Positions 11,522 to 21,611 of a stretch of DNA of 24,076 nucleotides are shown in pieces (position 1 is the first letter of the stretch; every line of letters starts with the position of its first letter). Below the pieces are notes generated by a model that had not been told where the DNA came from, did no database searches, and saw nothing but the letters and a program-made list of their open reading frames with translations. This DNA is from Neophaeotheca triangularis (Eukaryota). The stretch lies in the NCBI GenBank assembly GCA_054600435.1, contig BAAIJX010000058.1:124001-148076 (forward strand), in the 5' to 3' direction. The position numbers and the translations under genes are program-made.

Positions 11522-13014
11522 AGTGAAGGAATTGTGTTTGTCGCCTCAAGTATGGTGAACCAAAAGGTATCAAAAAGTCCCTGTGGAGAGAAGTATCCGT
11601 CCTCGCCCAGGTGGTACCCTACTCCCTATTGGGGGCAGGGTAATAGCGTTTTGTACTCTTCCTTCGAGCTCGTGCGGCACTGCGGCGCAGCATGAAGCTA
11701 TTGCGCCAAAATAAACGTCGTCGTTTAACTCGTCTCGTAGCCGAAGAGGCCGCATATATTGTGCCCTATCAGGCTCAGCACGACGTTCACCGGTCGAAGA
11801 TTCGTCCACTCAGATCGCGCCAAGCCTGGGGTCATCCTACCTACATTTCAGACCACTTAAATTTGCAGTTTCAGCCAAGCTGTCGAGCTACCCAGCTGCT
11901 CCTATAACGAGGTACGAGGATACAACGCGCAAATAAGCGCGATACCATGGCACCACGAACACAACTCCCTTCCATACTAGCGCACGCGAACAACTGTGCG
12001 CGAATATACCCAGTTGCCTCCGTACCATCTCCGCAGCGCCGAGACCCGCAAGTTCCTTTTCCCTTCTTCTCCTCCTCCTCGCAATGATCTTCCTCTTCGT
12101 CTCTTCTGGCCCTAGGCTCGAGAGCATGTCCTCATAAACAAGCCCTCAGCCCAACTTGAAGTTGACACTCCGGGCAATAGCGAGCGCCGATTTTCAAAAA
12201 ATCGATCAAGTAGGCGCTCAAAGTCAACACTATCCTCACTTTCTATCTCTCAGATACCTCGTTTCGTCTTCCACGAGCAAAAAAGACTGTAGCAGACGAC
12301 AGACAAAGAAAGAGACCTCGACGAAAGAAACCCCATACTCGCAAAAGGTCACAAAGGAACTCACCAAAGCACGCATGCTCCAAGCCCCAACGTTTCTTCG
12401 CGTAGATCCAGTCACCTTCATAACATGTGAGCAACGCCCACTTTTATATCTTCCTCCTCTTCCTCTTCTTCCACCAGTCACTCAAAAGTCCCGGGACATC
12501 CATTCCTGTTCGACGATCTAATTCGCCCATCCATCTGACCCCCGCTCATTCTCCAAGCCCCTTTACTCAATAGGCCTGCCCCTAATCTAATCCCACCGGA
12601 TTGCGCGAAGGGAGGCTCTTGCTAACCACCACTTGACCAACCTGGAAACGGAAGAAAAAAAAGAAGGGACAGAGAAAGACGAGTGCAAGTTACCTGTCAC
12701 AGCAAAAAAAAAGGAGAATTCGAAAGGGAGAAATCGACAAAGATAACAGGGGGAGAGGGAAGGAGAAACACCCCCAGACCAAGGAAAAGCTCGCTCGAGA
12801 CTCACAAGTACACCAAACCCCAAGCCCATCTACCTAAAAGCAAGTTCTAGTGAGAGAATGCAAGGAGAGAGAGCTGGTGTTCTTCTTTGGTACTTGGTCA
12901 TTGGTAATGGGCAGGTTAATCGACAAGAAGGTAATTAAAGAGCACGCACGACTCGAGGTAAAATCCCAGCCGACTCGAGAGAAGACGAGACAAGACGAGA
13001 CGAGTCCCGTACGA

Positions 13015-14520
13015 TTAGTTGAGCTGCACGTAATTGCCTGTGGGAGAAGAGTCAGCATAACCGCACCATGTCCTATACAAAATCCATCCCAAGTCGGCTC
13101 GGTCTTTGCGCCAGAGAGGTGGGAAGATGGGTAGATGAAGACTCACCAGGAAACTGCCCCTCCCTCCCTTGCACCCTGCCGGTCCACCATTCATTCTCAC
13201 TCTCGGTACGCGTGACAATTTCAATCGTCTCGCCGGCGGCAAAACTCAAATCTCCCTCCGCCTGCGCCTCGTAATCGTAAAGAGCGGTACAAGTCTCAAC
13301 AGCGGGCGCGGGCGCATTGGTGAGGTGCGACGGTTTTGGTTTTGGAGGGGGCGGGGCAGCGCCCTTCGATTTGGCTGCGGAAGCCCATGCGCTGCCAGTG
13401 CTGGCGCTGCGGTTGATGCTGCTGTCAGTTTTGGCGAGAGCGCCATAGGCGGGCTGTTCAGCGTAGCCTGCGCTGTAAGGGGGTGGGGTGTTGTTGCCGC
13501 TGTGTTGTTGTTCCAGACCGGAGTCGGAGGCGCGGCCGTTTTGGATGGCCAGGCGTGGCTTGCCGTTTTCGAGAGCCGGGCGTTGGGAGTAGCGAGACAT
13601 GGGTTTGCGGGGGCCGCCTGTGGTTTTGAATTTGGTGATGGCGATGGCTTCGGCTTGCTGTTGGATGTCGCGTCGTTTGGCTTCAAAGGCCTCTTCGATG
13701 CCTAGCGTCAGGTCAAAGTAGCCGATGTCGATGCTCTGCATGCGCTCGTGGAGGGTGTAGAAGACGTTGAGCTGCATGTAGTAGAAGGATTGGAAGAGTG
13801 GGAGGATGAATTCGCGTTCCAGCTGGAAGAGCTGCGGCAGGTCTTGCTTCATCAGCTCGTTGAAGTATTCGTACTCTTGAGTCGCAATGTCCACGTCGTT
13901 TTCAGCCTTGTACAGCGCTTTCTCGTCTTTGAGGGACTTTTCCTTTTTGTCTTCGAGCTTCTTGAGCGTCGCGCGGTGTCGGTCGTAGTCGATTTGCTTG
14001 TGGTCGCGCTTGAGAGCCGTCTTGCGCACAGCTTTGACAATCTCCAAGAGCTCGTCGGCCGGTCTGACCACCCGTGTTTCTATCATCTCCAACTCGGGTT
14101 TAAGATTCGCCTTCAACTCCTGCACAATGGCCTCGTACTCTTCACATGCGCGGATGCCCTCTGGGTTACCGTCAATTACGTAGCTGTCTGGGTCGGAAGC
14201 GCGGCCGGAAATGGGCTTGTAGATTTCGGCGCAGGCTTTGGAGAATTCGATTTGGTGGTCCAACATGCCGTTGATCGCGTCAAAGTACTTTTTCGACTCG
14301 TCGTGCAGTTTTTTGGTTTCCTTTTCTAGATCGGCGAAGCGGCGTTCGGCGTCGATGTAGATGGGGTCTTTTGTGATTTCACCCATGTTGAAGCGCTGTT
14401 TCACCATTTGGGGGGCCTGTCCGGAGGGGAGGGGCAGTTAGTATAGGTGGGAAGTGGGTGACAAGTGGGATCGTGTTTGCTCACCCTCACGGCCCCCTTT
14501 TGGAAACCCTTCCAGCTCAT
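13015..14520 (-). CDS. RVS167: Amphiphysin-like BAR/SH3 endocytosis protein Rvs167/Hob1; exons 14520-14485, 14416-13147, 13037-13015, ~442 aa
   Basis: MSWKGFQKGAVR|APQMVKQRFNMGEITKDPIYIDAERRF..EIYKPISGRASDP matches the Rvs167/Hob1 N-BAR start; C-terminal SH3 ALYDYEAQAEGDLSF..WWTG..GQFPG|NYVQLN. Introns 14417-14484 (GTGAGC..CTAAC..CAG) and 13038-13146 (GTGAGT..GCTGAC..CAG). Confidence 0.95.
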
Positions 14521-15307
14521 GGTCTTGTACAGTCGCCTGTTCCGTCCGGTCAGATACAGAGTAGCCTTGTGCGCAGGCGGGGCGCTCGAGTGTGGGTTGT
14601 CTCGCTGGCGACGAGAAGGGGAGAAGCGAGGAAGTGAGGTAGGTGGTGGAGGGGAAATCGCGCGAGAGCTCCACGTAGAGGTAGTCGGGTAGTAGCGTAG
14701 TGGGGAGGAATCGTGTGTGAGTGCGATGTGAGAGGTTCCTCGAGCTCGCCCGTTAACTTTGCGCCGTCCGGTGCGGAATGACGGCAGTGACTTGGTTGAT
14801 GCCTTAGTTTCGGCCTTGGCTCGTATTATCGACGTCGTTGGTTAAGTCACGTCTTTACGAATCCGACGTCTTCACGCATTAAAGGTTTCTATTGTTACAA
14901 TCCTAAGGTTCTTTCGTGAATGCAGTGACGGTGCTTCGGTTCGAGGTTTATCGGAGGCCGTATGTTGATCAATATGGAATTCCCTGCTCGCCCTGTGCTG
15001 TTGCAGTGGCCGAGCACCTCAGGCCGTGCCCGGCTCTTCCGCTTCCGGAACGACGTCAGCCGCGAGTCGTTTGCAACTCGTCACGTGTATCACGTTCCAA
15101 CAAACTTTCAAATAAGGTATATACAAAGAAACATTCACCCTAGGTGCCAGCAGATAGCGTGGCAAAGTTCCACAAAGCTACCATCGAATGGAACAACTAC
15201 ACGAAATGCCAGGCCGTCAATCCCCAAAACCAAGAAACCATCCGTCAAACAAAACGCCCAAACATCCAAACCCGCTCAAGCATACAAAAAGCCCAAAACA
15301 TTCTCAT

Positions 15308-17185
15308 TTACTTCCCACTTATCCCCCCAAAAACCCCACTATGCACCCCACTCCCCTCCAACTCCCTAACCTCGCTGCCAGGCAGTTCGAATACCTGTCC
15401 CTCCCCATGCTGCCCTGCGCCAACCTCATGCGCCCCGCCCTTACCATGCCCGGGATCTCCAGCCCCAGGTGCTTCCACATAGCCCGCGCGCGACGGATCC
15501 TCGAGTTTGTATGGTGATTCCATTTCCTGCGGGTGCAGCTTTTGCGGGCCGCTGAGTTCGTGGATTTCAGAGGACGAGGGGAGTTCGGTGCCCATCGCGG
15601 CGGATGAGATATGGGGTTTGCCTTCTTGAGAGAAGGAGGAGGCGGAGGAAGGGGATGTAGAGGAGGTTGTCGGGCGTTGGTTGGCGGTTTGTTGGCGGCG
15701 GCGGCGGCGGAGGTAGAGGAAGAGGGCAGCGGCTAGCAGGGTGAGGCCTACGACAGCGCCGACGACGATGCCGGCTATGGCGCCTGTACTGAGGGAGGAG
15801 TCGGAGGAGTCGGAGGAAGATGGGGGCTCGTGGTCGGGGCTGAGAATTGGTTGGATCGAGGTGCTGCGGAGGGTTGATTGGTCCCACTTGCAGGGCTGCA
15901 CGGTGAAGTTTTGGCGCTCGTAGTCGTAAATGACGTAGGCTTCTTGGAAGAAAGTGCGGCCGAGAGTGTACTGGGTTTCGTTCTCCGCGCGTTTGAGTGG
16001 AAAGTAGTGGCTCGATTCGGCGACGATGGGGAAGGAGACGTTAAGATCGAAAGCCGCATAAGGAAGGACGATGTCCACAGTCTCGTCGCTATCTGGGGAG
16101 GTGCCTAGACTAAAGGTCACTGAGGGGTTGAGGTCGGTTAGTGACGAGTGAGTGGAACTGTTGAGTAGGTAGTGTTGTGATTCGTTGTCCCAGGAGATGC
16201 CGAAGGCTTCCTCAAAAGCTGAGCAGGCGGATTTGGGAAGCCATATGTAGGGAAGGGTGCTGTCGAGGAAGACAGAGATTGGACCGTCCGGGAGGAGATC
16301 CGAGGGTGACCCTTCGTCGGTAGTGATTGATTGCAGGTTCACGAGCATGTCTCGACTGATATCGCTGTAGAAGGGCCACGAAATGTTGCTTCTAGTAAAA
16401 CGGTTCTCGTCGTACCCTCCCAAAGTCAAAGACCCAAAAACTTCGTCGAGGCGGTATTTTGCACCGGCAGTGTATCCCCAGGACACACTCGGGATGCTAT
16501 TATTTGTCTTCAACGTCTCCAAAAAGCTGGGCTGTGGATCGCGAAAAGAGGTATAGTTGGTCGGCCGCGGGTTCAGACCAAATAATCCCAGCCAATACGT
16601 GCTGTCCGCAATACTCAGCATGTTTGTGTGTTCCGTACTCGGTTCTGCGTTCGATCCCTGCCAACCCAGCGTCACGGTGTCGAAACCCGCATCGCCCGAA
16701 GTATCCATATCCAGGCTCATTGAGATGCCGGCCCGATACCGGCTGTTCTCCACCCAAGTCAAGCTCTCGTTGGTGAGGAAGAGGAAGCCCCGATCGTCCT
16801 CGCAGTTCTCGACGTAACCAGCCTCACAGCCATCTGCCTGTATGGTAATCACTTGCGTCGCGGCGCTGGAAATGAAGACTCGCTGGTTCTGCGCCGGTGA
16901 TCCCGCTTGGATGGGAAAGGACGACCATGGCCCATCATTTCCGTCCCAGTACTGGCTGGGACCTATGCTGAGAGGGGCGGGTATGGAGTCGGTATCGGAG
17001 TTGTCAGAGCTGGAATCGTCCTGTCGTCGTGTCAAGCCCAGCGATCGCGGTACGTCGGTGACCTTATCCCATGCTCTTCTCCATGCAACCTGTCTTGATT
17101 CTGTTTTCGCTTGCGAAAGAGGCGCGAGAAAAAGAGAAGCAAAGGTAAGGCTCGCGACGAGCGAAGAGCTCGCGGCGGACTTCAT
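15308..17185 (-). CDS. Type I membrane aspartic-peptidase (A1/pepsin-fold)-like protein, 625 aa, probably catalytically atypical
   Basis: Signal peptide (MKSAASSSLVASLTFASLFLAPLSQA); WDGNDGPWSSF..GSPAQ; IPSVSWGYTAGAKYR..GSLTLGGYDENRF; second-lobe motif VFLDSTLPYIWLP; YTLGRTFFQEAYVIYDYERQNF; Ser-rich stalk; TM GAIAGIVVGAVVGLTLLAAALFLYL followed by RRRRR. Single uninterrupted ORF. Confidence 0.88.
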   Translation of the reverse strand: MKSAASSSLVASLTFASLFLAPLSQAKTESRQVAWRRAWDKVTDVPRSLGLTRRQDDSSSDNSDTDSIPAPLSIGPSQYWDGNDGPWSSFPIQAGSPAQNQRVFISSAATQVITIQADGCEAGYVENCEDDRGFLFLTNESLTWVENSRYRAGISMSLDMDTSGDAGFDTVTLGWQGSNAEPSTEHTNMLSIADSTYWLGLFGLNPRPTNYTSFRDPQPSFLETLKTNNSIPSVSWGYTAGAKYRLDEVFGSLTLGGYDENRFTRSNISWPFYSDISRDMLVNLQSITTDEGSPSDLLPDGPISVFLDSTLPYIWLPKSACSAFEEAFGISWDNESQHYLLNSSTHSSLTDLNPSVTFSLGTSPDSDETVDIVLPYAAFDLNVSFPIVAESSHYFPLKRAENETQYTLGRTFFQEAYVIYDYERQNFTVQPCKWDQSTLRSTSIQPILSPDHEPPSSSDSSDSSLSTGAIAGIVVGAVVGLTLLAAALFLYLRRRRRQQTANQRPTTSSTSPSSASSFSQEGKPHISSAAMGTELPSSSEIHELSGPQKLHPQEMESPYKLEDPSRAGYVEAPGAGDPGHGKGGAHEVGAGQHGEGQVFELPGSEVRELEGSGVHSGVFGGISGK

Positions 17186-18061
17186 CCTAGAGGACGTCCG
17201 AGCCCGTTGCTTGGCCTGTAGTAGTGCGGTGATGCAGCGGTGCGTGGAGGTGTTACTAGAGGAAGGTAGAAAGTGATGGTAAGTGGGCCATGAGACTGGA
17301 GACAGTATACTGTGCGATCACGTTGTCCTCGCCCTCCGACAAGGTCGCACCGCCGTACGCGCCGGCGAGGCTGGCCAACGCCTTTTCGAGAGGTGTATGC
17401 ACGCGGCGATCCTTCAGCTGTCGGGAGGGGGGCTGAAGCGCCGTCTGATAGATTAACCCGTGCGTGTTGAGCCTGAACGGGGTACCACTCTACACAGTGC
17501 GTAGAGACGACCTACAAATGTTTGTCTGAGTGTCATGGTATCTACGGGGGCGGCAAAAGGCTAAACTCGGTTGGTTGTTCGTATTCCACAAGTTTGGGAC
17601 ACTAACTTTTGTTATCCACGCCCGGTCCAGGAAGTGATGTCGTTTGAATTCGGAACTTGCTCGGCGGAGCCCTATCACAGATCTATATATAGGCCTAGGA
17701 TGAGGGTTATGGTAAAAACATCACATGATCCTGTAAAGTAAACTTTATAGCGTAGGCGAGGGTAGCTTTTCGTACGCTTGCTGTTGAGCTGGTCCCTCTT
17801 TCTGAGTGCATGAAGATATCTTGTGACCTGTCATTAACAACTTGCAGCTTGATATATATGCATGTGTCTGCCAATCTTCTCTGACGTAAAGCTTTGTCGT
17901 TCCATCATCGCCTTCAATGAAACGAGCCCGATTCGACTTCTTCGCTCCCCTGCGCTTCAAGTCGCAAGGAACACCTGCAGAATTGTCGGGCAAAGCTCAC
18001 AACCTTGATTTCCCTGGTACCGGCCGCTCCGTAGTAGGATCCGCCTCTCTCCTCATATCGC

Positions 18062-19052
18062 CTATTTCAAAGCCTTCCTAGCAAACGTCGGCAGCACAAA
18101 CGCCGCCTCATGCACCTCCTTCGAGTAGTACTTCAACAGCTTCTCTTCCTCCTCCTGGCCCCAAGAGCGCAAAGGCTTCTTGACGTCCCTATCGGCATCC
18201 TTGGAGCAGACCATGAAACCAATCTGGCCTGAGGGGTAGGTAGGGATCGTGGTCCAGCCGTATTCAGCGACGGGGAAGACCTCCTTGCAGACTTTTTTCA
18301 GGTTGGTGATCATAGAAAGGTGGAGCCAGGGGTTCTCGGCTAGAGTGAGACGTTAGTTGGGCGTTGGAACGGGGCTTGCGGGAGCTGGGGGGATGGTAGA
18401 CGGGACGGGTAAAGGGTAGTGGGAAGGTATAAAATCGGGGAGAATTACCTTGCGTAGTAATGACGCCGCCCTCCCTCAGCGCGCCCCTGAGCAACTCAAA
18501 GTACGGCTTCTGGAACAACACTTCAGCAGGACCCTCAGGGTCAGAGGAGTCCGTGATGATGACATCAAAGCAGTCCTTGTAGTCTTCCAAGAACTTGAAA
18601 CCATCGCCAACGTGCACCTTGACTTTGGGGTGCTGCATGCCCACGCTCATGCCAGGCAGGTACTTCTTGCTCAGCCTGATGACAGCCTCATCGATATCGC
18701 AGAGCACAGCCTCTTCAACACAGTCATGCTTGACGACTTCCCTCAGCACACCTCCATCACCACCCCCAATAACGAGAACCTTCTTCGGGGAGGGGTGCGC
18801 GAACATGGCGAGGTGCGTGATCATCTCCTGGTAGCTGAACTCATCGCGTTCGGTGCACTGGATGACGTTGTCGAGGACGAGCACCATGCCGTAGTCGGAG
18901 GACTCGAAGATGAGTACGTCTTGATACTGCGACTTCTCGTGGTGCACGATCTGGTTCACTTTGAGCGTCATGGCTTGACCCGGCCACATGGGGGAGATCT
19001 CGCGGAACCAGCCATCTTGGATAGTTGGGTGGGTGAGAGGAGCGGCGGCCAT
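18062..19052 (-). CDS. SPE3: Spermidine synthase (putrescine aminopropyltransferase); exons 19052-18449 and 18339-18062, ~293 aa (possible longer isoform from ATG 19187)
   Basis: [49 protein letters not shown]; dcSAM-binding [54 protein letters not shown]. Intron 18340-18448 (GTAATT..CTAAC..TAG) gives TTQ|AENPWLH. Confidence 0.96.
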
Positions 19053-19604
19053 CTTTGTGGTGGTATTGCAGGAATTGAAGCGGTAGGGTGGTTGCCGAAA
19101 GTGGGCGAGATTTGTCGCAAGACGGAGGGCAGCTCGTCGTTGTGGTAAACAGATGAAGTTGCGAAGGGGCTGTAGCAGTAGTAGCATGTGGTGGTGGAAA
19201 CTTTTTTTGTTTCCTCCTGCCCCACGATGAATCAGGCGTCACCGCTGCGGGGCAGTTTTTCTGCCGAGATCTCGTTCACCGCCTAAGAGTCCGTAAGAGA
19301 CTCCCTTACCAAGTCGTTGAACTTTATAGGATGAGTTGAATTTCCGCTACACGCTACTATCGGGCAACGGTAGTAGTAAAGCCTTCGGTTTCCTCGTCCT
19401 TAGATTCCTTATCTATTAGTCGAGTACTATTATCACTAAAAGTCTATAGATAAAGATGTAGAAAGTAGTAATTCTCTACCTTAGTATACTTACTATACTA
19501 CTATATAGCTTTATCTTATTATAATATGGGTCTTTAGTAGGTAGTGCCTAAGTATAAGACCGAGACTATGACTCGGTTAGGATTACGGTATAGCGAGGGC
19601 GGAA

Positions 19605-20238
19605 TGTAACAATAGTAATAATAGTAATAGTCCTCTAATATAGAAACTATTCGATAGTAGATAGGAGGCTTCACTATTAGCTATCTTATATACTTTTATA
19701 GTATATATACTTAGCATTCCTAAGCTATCTATAGCTAGACTACTATTATCCTACTAGTATAATAGTTATGACAATTACCTCTCTCTCTAGTAGCTTGTCT
19801 ATAAGCTATCGCTTATAAGCATTATTATACATAACCCTAGTATAGCGTATATATTAGTATTCTCGTTAAAAACCTAGTATAACTAGTCTAATAGTATAAC
19901 TCTGTTTTACTAGTAAAATTAAGAAAATTAGTTTTTATAGAAGCTAGAGAGTTTTTAAAGACTCCTAGATAGTTTTCCTAGGATCTATAGAGCTCTAGCT
20001 TCCTAAAAAAACTATATAAAAGCTCTAGAAAACTCTATTACTTAAAGGAAAACTAAACATAGATTCTCTTTATTATAGGCAAATAACATATAGGAGTTTA
20101 TAGTAGTAGTATTTAATAAGTTTGATACTAGAGAGAAGAGAGTTCTATATAGGAACTATATAAAAAGTCGTAGTTCTTATAGGCGCTAAGCCTATATAGA
20201 CGAAGCTAGTACTAAGACCTAAGGGCTCGCCCTTTACA
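19605..20238 (-). repeat. Putative 3' LTR (~634 bp) of the chromovirus
   Basis: On the minus strand it begins TGTAA at 20238, immediately after a polypurine tract, and ends TTACA at 19605 (5-bp terminal inverted repeat, TG...CA). It contains a TATATAAG-like motif near 19685-19692. No second LTR is present in the window to confirm the boundaries. Confidence 0.65.
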
Positions 20239-20262
20239 TTACCCTCCCTCTCTACCTCCTCT
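20239..20262 (-). promoter_or_regulatory. Polypurine tract (plus-strand DNA primer site) of the retrotransposon
   Basis: Minus strand reads AGAGGAGGTAGAGAGGGAGGGTAA|TGTAAAG, the usual fungal Gypsy PPT-(T)AA-TG junction. Confidence 0.65.
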
Positions 20263-20576
20263 ATTCCTACGGAGTCCCCTACTAATATAACAGGTACTAC
20301 TTAACTACCCCCTAGGTTCCTACCCTATATCTATTCTATAATCTATTCTATTAGCTTCTCTTTCTAGTTGTTTTCAGCCGGGTTCTACTCTCTCTCTAGG
20401 CTCTCTTTACTTCCCTTTCCTTACTTCCCTCCCTTTACTTCTCTTTATCTTTACCTCTTCTTTATCGAATCGCCGAATGTAGCTAGTAAGGTTTCCTTTA
20501 TTTCTTTGCTAGATTTAGTACTATGTTTACCTAGGTATGTTCTTTATTTACCTAGGTAACCTTTTACCTTTTTATA

Positions 20577-20657
20577 TAAGTAAGGTATTCTTACTATTAT
20601 TACTAGGTAAGGTATTCTTACTATTATCACTAGGTAAGGTATTCTTACTATTGTTAT
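20577..20657. repeat. 27-bp tandem repeat, 3 copies (TAGGTAAGGTATTCTTACTATTATYAC)
   Basis: Copies at 20577-20603, 20604-20630 and 20631-20657 differ only by transitions. Confidence 0.9.
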
Positions 20658-21611
20658 ATATGACATATAACTCTTTCTACTCCCTTTCGACCTTCTTCCC
20701 TTCTTTTTCTACCTCCTAATAATAATAACAATAATAATAATAGTAAATAGCTCTAATATAGTGTTTTTATAGCGGGTTCTATTCTATACTAACCGGAATC
20801 TAGATAACTACTATCTACTACGAGCTATATACCTAGTTAGGTATCGACTATATCTCCTAAGTAGTAAGTCTTCTATAATCCGTCCGTTTTCTACTAGATC
20901 CTACTAACTTTTCTAGTCTCCCTATACTACTACCTACTAGCCTTATAAGGATAGTAAGAAGAACTATTACGATCTATAAGTTTTCTTCTATAGTCTATTA
21001 GAAAAGTAATGCTAATTAGTCGAAATAGCCTAGAGATCGCCTATATCGCCTATGCTATTTAGACTCGTAGTTTAAACGCTAACTAGTAAGTTATAATGTC
21101 TAGGTCCCGTTCGAATTCCGCTAGCTAATGTCTCTTTTTTAGCGATAACACCTATATAGACCTTAAAAAGGTCCTTAAGGCTATAAAGGCCTTAAAGCCT
21201 TTATAGGCTTCTAACCTACTCCTAGGGTAATTCTATAATCTATATGAATTCTTCTAGGCTCTAGCTAATCCATCCTTCTAGTTCTGTCTCCTCCTAGATT
21301 ACTAACATAGTAGTTAACGCTATTACCTAGTAGGGCTAATCATAAGTAATTCTTATACTCTCTATTCATTTTCTACTACTAACCGTTATTTTAGGGCTAG
21401 AGGCATCCCCCTAGCGTTCGTTATTAGTAACTACTACTATAACTAAGTATTTCTGTCGTTTTTCGGCTAGTTCCCTATTGTTTTACCTAGGCCCTACCTG
21501 TTTCTTTAGTTAGTTCATAATGAAAATGTTTACTTCCCTTATATAATATATATCGCTTTTTTTTTTTTTTTTAGTAGTTAAACTCCGTTTATTAATGCTA
21601 GGGCCTATCCC

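Noticed and set aside
11570..13014. Several 60-120 aa ORFs between the membrane-protein gene and RVS167
   Set aside because: No domains or coherent exon structure; consistent with the RVS167 3' UTR and the downstream gene's promoter.
13073..14407. ORF-track version of RVS167 (starts MVKQ, ends ...GMDFV)
   Set aside because: It misses exon 1 and reads into the last intron; the spliced model restores the MSWKGF start and the SH3 FPGNYV end.
20368..20719. Hydrophobic ORFs 20368..20559 and 20537..20719 as membrane peptides
   Set aside because: Leu/Phe/Tyr richness is a by-product of RIP-driven AT enrichment inside the retroelement.
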